64,000 bases of DNA from Salisapilia sapeloensis CBS 127946 (Eukaryota > Protista > Oomycota), in assembly GCA_023334545.1 (NCBI GenBank), contig JAADVB010000022.1, forward strand, positions 1-64,000. Direction: 5' to 3'. The translations under genes and the position numbers were made by a program. The notes under the pieces were generated by a model. It saw only the letters and a program-made list of their open reading frames with translations. It did no database searches and was not told where the DNA came from. This document shows positions 23,136 to 37,111 of this stretch, in pieces; position 1 is the stretch's first letter; each line of letters opens with the position of its first letter.

Positions 23136-26100
23136 ATGATGCAAACTTCGTGGCCGGCCGGCATGGGTCCTAGCGGCCGATCCTCTGCACTGCCACGTGC
23201 TACCCCAGCCACGGAAGAACAAAAGCTCATCGAGGTGCTCCAACACGCCTCGACTGCAAAATTAGGATCGCTCTTGGCATGTGTGCCTGGATGGCAGTTG
23301 GAAGCACAAGCCAACTTGGAGAACTGGGAACCTGTGCTCTCCAACTTTGGAAAGGCCCTGAATGGAATATTGACGACCCATCCACGAGTACTAGCGGTGC
23401 GAGATGCAGAGCTAGAGAAGGTACGGAAGAACGGGTCGCAACAGGACAAGGAGGACGTGGAAGAAGTAAAAGAGGAGACTAAGCAGGATACGGACGATGA
23501 ACAGGAAGAGCAGCAGGCCACGCGAACCGTCTACGAGATCCTGCGCTTTTCTGCTTTTTTATTGGAGAACGCAGCTAACAAGAACGTCTTCGCATCGACC
23601 ACCGTAAGACAATCTGACTTTGCTTTATATCCTTTCAAATGATTCTAACGTTAATCTACTTGGTATCAATAGTTAAATCCTGTGGTGGAGCTCTTGGGTG
23701 CTCGAAACGAGTTCGTTGCGCAAGAAGCGGCCAGAGTCATCGCGATGCAGACGTTGCCACCGCAGGTGCATCGGTTCGCAGTCGACCCATCTAGCTTGCT
23801 ACTGCTCGATCTAGAGTACCCTGCCAAGCTGAAAGAACGACTGCTTCAGTTGGCGGATACTATAACGCCTTTGAATTCGTCCCAAAGCATTAGTGAATTC
23901 CTACAGTCGTCTTCATCATCCGAAGGCAGTTTACTCTCGTCTCAATTTACCTACTCCAACGACGTAAACTCGACAAGAGTCATTTCGATTCCTTCGCCAG
24001 ACCATGCTCAGGGCTCTCCCAACACAGGCATTTTCGCGCCGTCTGCTTCGAAAGCAGGAGACGTCTGTGATTCATTGATAAAGGACCATGACATTCCGTC
24101 CGAGTTTCACTTTAAACTGTATCTTCAAGTCCGAACGCTGTACGCTGTCGAAGCTTCCAGAGCTAGTCGAGAACGAGCTCTTATCGAAAGGCTGCAAGCG
24201 CTCACAGCTCTCTTCTACATCTTCAGCATTGGTGCGCAAGGACACCAAGTTACAAGTTTGTTGGAGCGGAATCCAGAACTTATTCGAGGTGTTGCGGAGC
24301 TCATTCGGGCCGAGAGTATCGATAAAATATCTTTACGGGTGCGTGTGGCTGCGTCACAGGCACTCACTGCCCTCGTGTGCGATCGATCTGGTCGAGGAGG
24401 TAGTCGCGGTGTATTGGGCAGACACTCGGCAGTCATGCAGGCCTTGGGCATTGTAAAGGGCATGCCGCACGGTATTTTCCCCGCTCTCGTTCGCTTTGCG
24501 TTAGGTGAATTGGGTGAGGTCGTGTCGAAGTCATCTCAAAGACGTACATCGGTAACTTCCAACCACGCATCAACACCAGGGGAGCAGCAGTCAAATGCGC
24601 CAGAAGTGGATGCCGACATGGATATGAGCTTGGCGGTCGCGTTTGTCCATGCGACGACGTCGGATAACGTGTCGCCGGAAGAAGCGGAGATTATGCAAAT
24701 GCCAGCGTTTCGAGACGTTGTCGGCAACGCACAAGATGCTCAGTTATACTGGATCGAGACGGTGCTGACGTTGCTGTCTGCTGTGGTCGGCATTCAAAGT
24801 GGCGCAACGATCATGACTGAGAATGGCGTGATCCCTGCCTTGTTGAACGCAATTAACACTCCGTCGGTTGGAGCCTACCATGCTACGGTCATTTCTCTAT
24901 GCGTTCAGATCCTGGAGAACACCGTGAGTACGCACTCGACGCCAGCAAACTTGTACAGAGACCTCAATGGTGTCGGTGTGCTCACCGATCGCCTCATGCT
25001 CGAATGCGCAGATGTGCCTAGTAACGGTCAACCGCTGCCCATATCTCGTACGGTGCTGCAAGTGTCCTTATTGGCTGCATTATCTGTATCCTTCCACTCT
25101 CAAGGTGTCATGAGTGCCGGTGCGACCAGTCGGGTCATCCGAGAAGGCAGTGTGCTGAGTAAAGTCCTCACCCAAATCGTCTCGAACGTCGATACATTCG
25201 GTCCGGTCGTATTCGCACAAGCTGCGATCGTCGTCTCGGATGTGATTAACAACGATCCGAGCAGTGTGCATCAGGTGCATGGCAGCGGTATTGCCGACGC
25301 TCTGCTCCGTACGATTACGCGGTGGGATGTCAAAGACTTGTATCCTACGCATGCCTTACGTCCGCCATGCGCAGAGCTGATCATGTCCTTGCCGTCGGTC
25401 ATCAATGCGCTCAGCCTCACGACTGTCCACGCAGAGAAAGTAGCCACCTACTCGCCTTTGGTGCATGTCCTCGACATGTTTGCCTTACCTGAATACGCTT
25501 CGGACGAGTCGTGCGACTGCTTTAAGGGAGACGTGCCAGCTATTGTTGGTACAGGACTGTATGAACTCATGCGCGCAGTGTCGGGTGCACAAGCACCGGC
25601 AGTGCAGGCAACCGTACAAGCTTTGAAAAAGATTGTCCAGTTCGGAGAAGAGACAAAAGGTCAGGAGAACAAGTTTCGTGTTCTCGTGCGCATGGTAACG
25701 AACTTGTCGGAGCTTTTGGAACCGATCATCTCCAAGTCGGAGCACGCGACGATCTTTGCAGATCATGGCGGTGTTTCGTCTTTGATGAAGTTGTATGAAC
25801 TCCTCCTGCCGTCGACATCGTCTTTCTTAGCTGACAAGAGCAGTACGCAAGAACCGAGTGGTCAGCGTCGAGCGACGAATGCTTTGAATCTGGCGTTGAA
25901 AGCGTACGCTGGACAACAGCCCATTGCGATGCTTACGACGTGCGTAAAGGAGATGGATGTACAGCTAAATGCTTTACAAGAAACGCGAAAGAAGGTTGAC
26001 GTTCCGGAAGCGAATGGCGATAGCAAGGAAGGAGCGGAAGGCACCTTGTCTCTTCTATCGGAAGAGGAGCTCTCGCAGCTGTTCGGCAACAAAACGTTAG

Positions 26101-29100
26101 CTGATCAACCAGTGACGAGCAGAACCAAGGTTGTGGGCGACTTCTTGCAACGACTTGCGATGCTCGAGTGGCTTAGCTCGTTGCTCGTATCGATCATGAG
26201 CTCGGCGCAGAGCCACCTGCAGTCTCGTCGCTGGTTTGCCGAGTTCGCTGCTAGATCGACACAAGACGTTCTTGCTCGATTGTTCGCACTCGACCGGTCA
26301 GTGCAGCTCGAACGTGCGCGTCTGGCAGCTAACTACCGAAAACAGGAGCCGAAGGGAGAGAGTGAGGAGACGGATCCAATCATGGGACTGTACAAGGTTG
26401 CTTCTCTCATGCTGCTGCGGTTCGTGATGGTCATGCGTAGCCTCCTTGCCGGTTGCGGTCGCTCCTTTGTAACGACGCCGATGCAACACCATCGTGGTGA
26501 AGAGAACCAGGTGCCATTACCTGCTCAAACGATGACATTGGCACGAGCTATTACGAACGTCTTCCGGAAACATTTGCAGTATGTAAACGATGCAAGTACG
26601 GGTGACATCCAACCGTTTGTGCGTCAATTCTATCTGACATATCTTCTCGAGACTATTGTCAACGTCGTGTTTGAAATGCGAAGCAAGCATGTGAATACAG
26701 TGCTGCTAGTGGAGTTATTAAAACCTGTTAAGAAGGAGCATTTGGATGAAGAAGAAGCGATTGAAGAGTTTGAGCAGCCGTGTCTCTTGGACATGATCAC
26801 CAGGATCATGAATGAGCTCTTTGCAAGCTGCTTGGATAGTGCGAAACATGAAGAGATCCCAGAGAAGATGAGATTTGCTTCCTTCCGTGTGGCTGCAGGA
26901 GCGTTGCGCAAGTTTTCCGACTTGGAAGCCATGTCTGCATCTCCACTGACATCTGCTCTTGTGGCGAATGAAGAATCTGGCGTAGCTGTAATGGACGGAG
27001 AAGGTCCGTTTGAACCGAAAAAGTTTTCGTTCCAGCTGCGTGCCCACTGTCTCCACATCTTCCTTCCTTTATGGCAGCATGAAAAGCTGCCGACACTACC
27101 GGTGGAAACATGCATCCTGGAGGTCTTGCGTGTCGCCATCACGTTGCTAAAGAACCGACTTGACAGTCGAGATGCGCTAGACGCGAGTGGTTCGAGTCTC
27201 GGCCTCGGAAGCAGCTTTGGCTTCGGCAATCATCGACCTGGGACGCGACCAAATCGTGACGTGACGTCGGACATGACTGGCAACGACAGTGAGACGCGCT
27301 TACTACAGTTCGCACTCTTTGGTCGGTCCGATGGGCGTGCTAGACGCGAATCTGGAAGCAGACAGTCGTTCGTGCCGGATCCAAGCGTCGTAGAGGGGTT
27401 GACGGCCATGGGCTTTGATCGCGCGAGTGTCGATCGCGCACTGCGTCGCATCCAGTTAAATGACGTGGAAGTGGCGACGGAGTACATGCTGGCGCATCCG
27501 GAAGGACCCGATGCTGCTGAGGAGGAGGAAGGGAAGGAAGAAGATAGTACGCAGGAGACGCAAGTGGCGGATGAAGATGATGCGCAGGAGCAGGAGCTTC
27601 GAGAAAAGTACAACGAACTGCGTGGATCTTTCGAAACGGTGTGCTTTAAACTGGTGCTGGAGCAAGCAAATGCGCTGGAGAAGGAAAGTAAGAATGAGAC
27701 GGACGAGGCGACGTTGCAGTATCTAGTCAAGGTAGTTGCTGAATACCTCCAGTTCTTGTGTTCGAATGGAGACGATGAACGCGGGGTTGTCGTTGAACGC
27801 ACTGCGGGGCAACTAAAGACACTTTTACAGCAGTCCGATGCCACGGACGCACAGATCTCCGTCGTTACACACCTCGTGGCGGTTCTCCTTCACACGGATG
27901 CTACGTCTCGGTCGTCCTTCCAGAACCAGACTACTGAATGTATTAACCAGCTACTGGCGTATGCTACCTCCAAAGCGAGCTCGGGGGAAGTGAAGCAGTC
28001 ACATGCTCCTACTCTCTTGCTTCTAGACATGCTCGTGATTGGTGATGTCAAGCCAAGTGCCGGTCTTCCTGTCGCTACCGATAGCAGTGACGAGAAAGAC
28101 TCGGATAGCTGTAAACGCTTCCGAACGCAAACGTTGGATCTATCACTCCAATTGCTCGATTTGTTACCTGCTCAGGCGTCGTCTGTGGATGCGAAACAGG
28201 TCGCTCACTCGCTCTGGCAGATTCTAGTGGACTTGCTGTCGGACTATGAAGTCGCCACTATGTTCATCCAACGTCATGGCGTCACGAAAGTGCTTAATCT
28301 CGACTCTAGCATGGTCTTCTCTGGCTATAACGACCTAACACGATCACTACTGGCACGAGCTCTGGAATCGCCTGAAGTTCTGCAGCAGAGTATGGAACAA
28401 AAGATTCTACGTGCGGTCTCGAAACTGTCTACACGCTTTGGCACAGCCGATCGAGTGGGCTGCAATCCTCGTGGTCTGCTCATGGAACTCGCGCCTACGA
28501 TGGCACGCAATGAGAACGTGTTCACCAAGGCGTTGCAAGAGAGTGTGGACGTGAAGAAGAGTGAGTCTGGTCGATCGTACGTCGTTGTCAAGAGTAAGAG
28601 CCACTCGAATGAAGATGGAAAGAAGACTGGTGTGAAGATTACAAAGGAAGCGAAGCATGCAGGTAAAATGGTGCTTCGACAGCTCATATCGAAAATCCAT
28701 GCGCTCTGGCAAGTCGAACAAAAAGTCTCGGACGATAATTCATCAGAAGATGAAAAGACGAATGAAAGTGTCTGTCTCGGAACCTACTTGGGTTTCCTAG
28801 AACATCTTGTTGCCGAGTATCCGATGTGCGCGAAGCTAGTGGCCAAAGCCAAGGACGATCCGCACTCTTCATCGAGTGACTTGTTTGTCCGTGTCGTGAT
28901 ACGCGACCTCCTTCCTTCCACAACGCTCTGTCGATCCGCCAACAGACGCCATGAAGATCCAGATACGGCGACGGAAGCGAAATCAACCTCCATTGCTCGA
29001 CACGCTCGTCTGCGTGTACGAAACGCACACAAGATGCTTACTGGCATCAGTAGTCACTCTGGCGAGTCGTCCAAGGTAGCCATGGCAGAGCTCGTGAAGC

Positions 29101-32100
29101 TGCTGCAGGAGTGGCCTCGCAGTGTCTCTACTGAGCTAGAGTCGGATGCAGCTATGAGTGTCCGGGATGAAAAGGCGTTAAGTGCGCTGCATGCATGGAC
29201 TGGCATGGCCATGAGCATCCTGTGGCCACGCGGCACATCGAAGAACGTTTCGTTGGACAAAACCTCGGCGGTAGCGTCATTGACTCAGAGACGCCATGCA
29301 TTCCTGAATATCTTAGCAGATGCTCTACGCAAGGTAGATCTAGATTCCCCACTTGCACACGCAACTTGTACGATGGTACTTCGTCCTCTCGCGACACTCG
29401 GCCGTCACTTTGTCACGGATCACATTAAGAAGGTCTTGCTTAAGCGTGGTGAGTCTGGCATTGAAGACGATGCAAGAGCTGCGAATGACGCTCGTGATCA
29501 GGATATGGAATCTCCTCTCCCGGAAGCTGAGCCGAGGCTCGTGTATCAGGATAGTTGGGATCCGTCTGAGATGGAGGAATCCAGTGGCGACGTCATAGAA
29601 GCAGTTGTGACGATTGACGATGATGAAGATGATAACATGCAGCATGTGGATGACTTGCATGACGATGATGTGGAGCTGGAAGAACAGCCGAGTGACGATG
29701 AGGATAATGCTTCTTCCGGTGAAGAAGAGATCGTCTTGCATGAAGATCCTGAGTTTGATGAAGACGAGATGCGAGAGGAAGATTTGGAGGAAGATGACGA
29801 TCTGGACGACGATGACGATGAGGACGACGATGAGGACGACGATGGGGAAGATGAAGATGATGAGAATGAGTTTGAGATGGAAGATAGTGACGATGAAAGC
29901 ATTCATATCGTCCAGCGTCTCGTGCGAGGCAACTATGACGGCGCACCTTCCAGTCGCCATCGTCCACCTCCTCGACTTGGCGTACTCGACACGGAACTTG
30001 CAGCATCGGATGCACTTGATGAAGTCGACGAGAACGAGTACTCGTACGCTCACATGACTGCAGGAGAAGAGTTTAGTACTCGTGGACGTCGACAAGATGG
30101 TCAGCAGAATCCGCTCTGGACTAGACTCCAAGGCATGGACAGTCGTCGAGCGACTCCACACACTGTTCGTTCTCTTCTTGACAGTCTCCACCTTCGAGAT
30201 AGTGGCGTTGGAGTCCAGGCGAACATTATCGACATGAGTGAAGACGCGATGGAAGAAGACCTTGCGTTCGAGTTTATTGAAGATGCTATGCCAGACGCTG
30301 CGTTCTTGGGTGGCGCGAGTGGGACGTCTGTGAGAGGAGGCATGCGAGATGCTCCTCTTGGTGTTATGATGCAAGACATGCAGGACATGCACGCGAGTCT
30401 GTTTGACATTCCTGGTCGGTCGCGTGGTGGCAACAACCAGGTCCGGAATACGAACGCCATTTCCATGAGCGATTTGGACGGACCATCGACTCATCCACTG
30501 TTGTTGTCCAGTGGTGCTTCGAATCCAAGTGACGCGTGGAGATCTCAAACGCCTACGCAAACAGGTCTGCCTGCTCGCAGCTTGCGTACGCTTCACGGCA
30601 CAACGGAGCGAGGTCATGTCGAGTCTAATAGACTTGGACGGAACGAGATGGGCATGCCTTCTCTTCGCAACCAAATGTCCGAGTCACGTGGACTTACGCG
30701 GAATACGTCGCGTCCGCCGAGTCGTAGTCAAAACAGATTGCTCACGTTAACCGATTTGCTCAGTGACTTTGCCGTCGATCTTCCGACGCCACATGATGCC
30801 ATCGGAAGTGACTTTACCTTGACTCGAAACGCACGCAACCCAGTGGAACGATCAGCGACGATCGGTCGAATGGGAGAGCAAGGACCTTGGAACAGTGCCT
30901 CAGGATGGGGACGTCCTGGATCTCAACGAGAGCGGGATCTACGTGCTGTCGTGTCTCGTGTCGAAGGTCAACTCGACGCGATCTTCCCGGACGCTAGCCA
31001 GCCGACGCCAACTGCTTCGACGCGACAAGAAGGCACTGGAGAGGCTGATGCAGAGGAACCGACGCAGGAAGAAACTGCTCGGCCATCCACTACTGGGCAA
31101 GAAGAGTCGATTGAAGAGGAGAGTACACCTGTAGCAGACACGACGATGGCAAGTGAAGTTGCATCGGAAACTGCTTCGGTCAGTGCTCTGACCAGTACAC
31201 TGAATGAGTCGTCACTGCGCTCTCCACGTGCAGAAGCTCATCCGTCTGAAGAGCAAGAGGAAGGTGAAGAGCAGAGGAGTACAATGCCTCCTCCAGCTCC
31301 ACAGCTAGATGCTGGGCATAGCTCTAGCAGTCAAGGCATTTCGAGCACAGAGGCAGAACCTGTTGCACCCATGGAAGACGCAGAACAACGTCAAGAGTCT
31401 ACTTCTGACACGGAAGGTGGTTTGGTGTGTCCGGATGGCGTCGATCAAGATGTGTTTGACTCGTTACCACCTGAAGTCCAGGCCGAGATTATTGCTCAGA
31501 ACGCTCCAGAAGAATCACGAAATCAGTCGAATGACGCGACGGAAGAACCCCAAGCCGAAGAGAGTGAAAACACTGGAAATATGACGCAACTGGAGCTGGA
31601 TCTAGCAAACACCAGCTTTGATCGAGAGACGTTGGATGCACTTCCGCCTGATATTCGGGAAGAAGTGCTTGCGAATGAACGTCGAGAGCGAGAAGCTGCG
31701 GCTGCTACGACTGAAACACCAGCAGACCCATCCCATGCACAGGAGATGGACTCTGCTTCATTCGTTGCGTCCCTCACGCCGGATTTACGAGAAGAGATTC
31801 TTACTACGTGTGACGATGCTTTCTTACAGTCTCTCCCGTCCAGCGTCCGAGCAGAAGCGATGATCCTTCGAGAGCGATCTGCCTTCCGTAGTGCCATGGG
31901 CGACTGGCGATCGGGTGAAGGGCAGCAAACGCACCGTAGCGCGAATGAACCACGTGATGCGTCCGAGACGTGGCGGCGTATGAATGCTGGTAGGAGGCAG
32001 GGTCGTCACGGTACGCCATCGAGTACGTCGAGCCGTAGAGGTCAAAGGCTGCATGACAATGAAAACGTTGCAGCTGGTATGCTTCGAGTGGATAAGGAAC

Positions 32101-34718
32101 AGGAGGAAGACGCCAACGACCGGATGCTTTCGGATGATGCAGTCAAGGCACTAGTGCGCTTAGTATTCTCCAGTTCGAACTTCTTCCAGACGCGAACATT
32201 GCAGCGGGTGCTTGGCAATGCTTGTAGCTACCCACTGACACGCAAATGCGTTCGTGAGACACTCCTGAGGGCACTTACAATGCCACTGGAAGAACCTTTA
32301 GAACTCGTAGATAAGGAGAGTGACGAGTTTCCTCCTACTAGAATGTTTGGGGAAGGTCGAGGCGGCGGATCTTTTGACAAGACCAACGTCCCGTCAATTT
32401 TGATCGTACGAGTGCTTTTGCTTCTAGTGACACTAAGTAAGTTCAGTCCAAGATTTGCTTTGGAGCTACTGCAAAGTCACAAGATGAAACGTGGAGGAGA
32501 AGTTGTCATGGATGAGAGTAGTGCGGCGCCTATCCTGGAGCTCATGCGACTGCCGTTTATTGAACGCACGAAAGCGAACTTAGAAGCAGCACTTGAACTG
32601 CTGGATACCGTTCTATCACCGTTGAATCGACTGAAAGCGAAGCAGAAGGAGGAGTCTGAGGACACGACACAAAACGTGCTGCCTGTACCGACCATTGAGC
32701 TTGGTGCTGTGCATATTGACACACTAGTACGCATGCTGTGTCTGGACATGTGCAGTGGTGCGATGCAAGAGCGGACGTTGAATATCCTGCGACTGCTTGA
32801 TAATGTCCCGGCCCATCGGTCGTTGATTCTAGATGCACTTGTGCACCACGCGAGTGAGATTGCTGCGTTGGCGAATGAAAAGCCTGCACCACAGTCGAAC
32901 TTTGCCGTGTCGGCTGTGCTACCGTCTGCACAGGATGAGCTCAAGCTGCTACGACTGCTGCATGCTTTATCGGACATGTGCGACTCGAGCGCTGAGTTCA
33001 ACGAGTGCTGTTCATCTATTGGTCTGGAGCCTATTTGGGATACTCTAAGTGCTTCGTTGGCACAGGCGAGGGCGTCGGAAGGACTGGATGTCGACAGCAA
33101 GTCGTCTGGTGTGGAAGAGCAAAAGGAGGAGACTGGAGCCAACGCTGGAATTATGATCCAAGGAAAAGGCGCAGGCGCATCATCTCTGATGGCTAGTCTA
33201 CTCGCCCGTTTCTTGCCGATGGTGGAAGCCTTTTTCGTTGCGAATGCATGGGACGCTTCGGCCATGTCCATGAAGGTACCAGATTCGAGTCAGCGAGAGG
33301 AAGCAACAGTCGCTGCGCTGCGGATGCAAGGCTTGGAGAACCAGGAAGGTGAGCCCACGGGTCATCCAGAGCTCCGAAAGGACTCTCGTGGCAGTCGAAT
33401 GACGTCTTCGATGATCTCGGAGAGTGGCGAAAGCATCCGTTTAGTGCACTTTGTAGAAGTAAATCGCGAGTTGCTGAATACTTTGGTGCGAGAGCGTCCT
33501 TCGTTACTGGACTCTTCGCTCTCGGCTTTGATCAAGCTGCCTCGATGCCGAGCGTATCTGGACTTTGACAACAAGCGATCGTACTTCCAAAGCGCTATGA
33601 AGAAGCTGCGGCATCATGCCCAGCGTCATCACGGTGGTGCTTCTGTCCGACTGTCAGTTCGTCGAGAACACATTTTCGAGGACTCGTTCTATGCGCTACG
33701 TATGCGCAACGGGAATGAGCTTCGACGAAAGCTTCATGTAGCGTTTAGTGGTGAAGAAGGTATCGACGCAGGAGGTGTGACGCGAGAATGGTATGTGATC
33801 CTAGCACGCGAGATCTTTAACCCGAACTACGTGCTCTTCACGTCTGCAGCTGACTCACCGGCCTTCCAGCCGAATCCACTGTCATACGTGAATAAGGACC
33901 ACTTGAGCTACTTTGAGTTTGTGGGGAAAGTGATTGGAAAAGCAGTGGCCGATGGTCAGTTGCTCGACGCACACTTCACACGATCGTTCTACAAGCACAT
34001 TCTCCAGCTTCCGATTTCGTATCATGACATGGAAGCAATTGATCCAGAGTACTACCGTAACCTCCATTCGATCCTGGACAACTCGATTGAGGACCTTGGG
34101 TTGGAGCTAACGTTCTCGGCCGAGCAATCCAACTTTGGACGAGTGGAGATCGTAGATTTGATTCCGAACGGCAGAAGTATCCCTGTTACAGATGATAACA
34201 AGATGGAGTACGTCCAGCTCATTACGCATCATCGCATGGCGACAGGTATCCAGCAACAGATCGACTCTTTCCTCAAGGGTTTCCATCAACTGGTGCCTCC
34301 CGAGCTGATCTCCATCTTTAACGAGAATGAGCTCGAGCTACTCATCTCGGGTATGCCAGAGATTGACATTGACGATCTTAAGGCGAACACCGAGTACTCG
34401 AACTATAAGCCGACGGACAATGTCATTCGCTGGTTCTGGAACGTCCTCTACGCCTGTTCGCATGAGGAGCGCGCCTTGTTCCTGCAGTTCGTCACTGGTA
34501 CTTCCAAGGTACCACTGGAAGGCTTTAAAGCACTCGAAGGCATGCGTGGCACGCAAAAGTTCAACATCCACAAGGCGTTTGGCAATGTCAATGCTCTACC
34601 GTCGGCACATACATGCTTTAACCAGCTCGATCTGCCAGAGTACGAGAGTGAAGAGAGATTGAAGCAGCGACTGTTGTTTGCTATTCGTGAAGGCTCGGAA
34701 GGATTTGGATTTGGCTAA
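23136..34718 (+). CDS. HUWE1: Giant HECT E3 ubiquitin ligase, HUWE1/Tom1/UPL1 family (about 3840 aa; intron 23604-23672)
   Basis: Armadillo-like N-terminus, UBA (LTAMGFDRASVDRAL...EVATEYML), acidic tract, UBM-like motifs (DVFDSLPPEVQAEII, LDALPPDIREEVL) and a C-terminal HECT (FSGEEGIDAGGVTREW, FVTGTSKVP, catalytic PSAHTCFNQL). Confidence 0.95.
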
Positions 34719-34798
34719 TCAGTAGCACAAGACCGGTTTATTTTTGCATTTTTACGGGATAAGACAAGCAATAAAGCAAAAAGTCTTTGGATTTGCAG

Positions 34799-35860
34799 CT
34801 AGTTGTATTCATCGGCGTCGCTTCCCCACGCGACGTCGTCGTCGTCACTCGTGTCATCCTTACTATCACTACTGTCACTATCGTCTTGGTTCATATTATC
34901 CCGACGGACTTGTTCCATGAAAGCGTCAAAACCACCACCAGCGGCCAAGTGGTCTACGAGATCAGTCGGGACTCGATAGTCAGTCATTGGATTGGGTTTC
35001 AGTGCTTGCTCCGACTCGAGCACACGAAAATCTACGAGCTCTTCATCTTCGTCAATTTCAGATGGGTCCGGTCGATTGTTTATAATTTCATTCTTTCTGG
35101 TCACGAGTTCTTCCCACGAGAAAAGCAACGGGTCGGTCATTGAACCGAAAACGTTGATGTCCACGAGGTGCACACGCCTCTGCTTGTCAATGTACACGTC
35201 AAATACAAAGTCTCTGTCTGGGAACTTCCACCCATCGGCTCGAGTGGCAAAATTCTGATGGTAGAAAGAGTGGATGGCTTCGCATAAAGCATCCTGCTGA
35301 TCCAGAAGGAAGGCATAGAATTGGTCACAGAATCGTTGGCTGACACCTACGAGTGACCTTTCGACCACAAAGCAGCGGAAATGCATGGAATCGTGAAAGT
35401 TGCACCACTTCTTCAACACGAGCGTGCGTTGCGTATCACTTGTACTTGTATCTTCGCCAGAACTTGTGCATCCGTCAAACGGCTGGGATATGTCATGCAT
35501 GATAAAGTCGGAACTCTTCAGCAGCATGAAGACGTCTTCAAAAGACTGACATTTCAATGATCCGAGCATCCATGCAGCATCCCGTGGAGCACTCCAATTT
35601 AGTTTCGGTATAACTGCACCTCCCAGCTTTTCGATTCCTTTTTCAATTTCTTCTCGAATGGAAGTGATTGTGTCATTGCTGTCGGCCGTCTCGTCTTTCG
35701 TCGGTACTTTGATACCATCTTGTACCAGCAACGATACAAAATTCTTATCTAAAGGAATCTGTACGCTACGAATAGCAACATGCTTCAAAGCTGGGTGCCA
35801 TCGCGTGTACGAACAGTTTTCCACGTGCGCTCGAGTGTAGCTTGGTACCTCTACAGTCAT
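34799..35860 (-). CDS. CDC123: Cell division cycle protein 123 (D123; ATP-grasp eIF2 assembly factor)
   Basis: PKLNWSAPRDAAW, FMLLKSSDFIMHD, LVLKKW, FRCFV, FVFDVY, DINVFG.TDPLLFSWEEL. Likely start is the ATG at 35860. Confidence 0.92.
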   Translation of the reverse strand: MTVEVPSYTRAHVENCSYTRWHPALKHVAIRSVQIPLDKNFVSLLVQDGIKVPTKDETADSNDTITSIREEIEKGIEKLGGAVIPKLNWSAPRDAAWMLGSLKCQSFEDVFMLLKSSDFIMHDISQPFDGCTSSGEDTSTSDTQRTLVLKKWCNFHDSMHFRCFVVERSLVGVSQRFCDQFYAFLLDQQDALCEAIHSFYHQNFATRADGWKFPDRDFVFDVYIDKQRRVHLVDINVFGSMTDPLLFSWEELVTRKNEIINNRPDPSEIDEDEELVDFRVLESEQALKPNPMTDYRVPTDLVDHLAAGGGFDAFMEQVRRDNMNQDDSDSSDSKDDTSDDDDVAWGSDADEYN

Positions 35861-36108
35861 TTTCGTGGTTCGTTGTCCAAATTCGGTGTCCAAGCGTCAT
35901 TTAAACGCGCTTTGATTCGCCTAAAACTTTACAAGTTGTATATGATTTGTTTAAAATCCACAAACTCGTCATAAATGAATTTAGGTGTGTAATTTTCACA
36001 CGAAACAACCAAAAGTTGTGTCGGAAAGACGAGGAAGTGGTGACGTGGTACTCGGGGTGATCCAGAGCACGTTTTACGAGTATTTTAAAGCGACACATCA
36101 CATTCAAA

Positions 36109-37051
36109 ATGCCTATCCTCACATTCATTGCGCGGGTGTCCGATGGCATGATACTCGTAAGCTGTTTGATGTACATTTTGACTTGATCATGATCGGATCC
36201 TTACACATTCGGTGATCCAGGTGGCCTCTATGGAGTCGATGGGCGACGTCAATGGCAGTCTCGACACTTACAAGCAGCAGGTACTCTATACAGTTATCGA
36301 TTTATTGTTCCCTGTCATCTGTGGACCTCGAATGCATCGATTCGCATGCTAATTCATTCTATCTAGGGCAAACAAATCATGAAAAAGCTCGATCAGCGAT
36401 CTCCGACCAAGTGCAGTGTCGAGTCTGGTGCCTACACATTTCAGTAAATTCCATCTAGCCTCATACTACACCTTCATTTATCCTCATCATGTGTAAACAC
36501 ATCCTATTAGCTATATGATTCAAGATGGTGTCGTGTGCTACCTCACGCTCGCTGCAAAAGCCTTTCCAAAGCGTCTTGCCTTTATGTACCTAAACGAAAT
36601 CCACGAAGGTTTCGTCGATGAACTCGAACGAGAGCATGGAAGTCACTGGCGAGACGTCGTCCAGACCGTCGGTCGGCCCTACGCATTCATCAAATTCGAC
36701 AAGTTCATCCAGCGCAAGCGCAAGGACTATCAGGACCCAAACTCTCGTCAGAACATGTCTCGCCTAAACGACGACTTGGCTGACATCCACAACATCATGC
36801 GACAGAACATCCAGGAAGTCCTCAATCGAGGCGAGCGTGTCGAACGTACCTTTCCTTGTACATATCCATAGCAAGCAGGATCTAATGATATGATAGACGT
36901 ATCCAACATGTCGTCCAACCTCGCGAGTCGAAGTAAGGATCTAAAGTGGGGAGCGAACAAACTGCGGATGCAGGCCATGTATCGTCAGTACGGCCCGCTC
37001 GTCGCCATCGGTCTGTTCGTCGTCCTCGTCATCTACTTTAAATTCTTCTAA
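36109..37051 (+). CDS. SEC22: R-SNARE SEC22 (longin + SNARE + TM), multi-exon
   Basis: MPILTFIARVSDGMIL, YLTLAAKAFPKRLAFMYL, RPYAFIKFDKFIQR, IMRQNIQEVLNRGE and a C-terminal TM ending YFKFF*. Confidence 0.92.
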
Positions 37052-37111
37052 ACCGACCAACACCAATCTTGTGAACCAAATCATTTGTCTTTCGTATGTC
37101 TAAGAGACGCT

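Noticed and set aside
29340-30674. 444-aa - strand ORF and Ser-rich ORFs over the HUWE1 acidic tract
   Set aside because: Antisense to the GAY/GAR-rich acidic region, which is a normal HUWE1/Tom1 feature.
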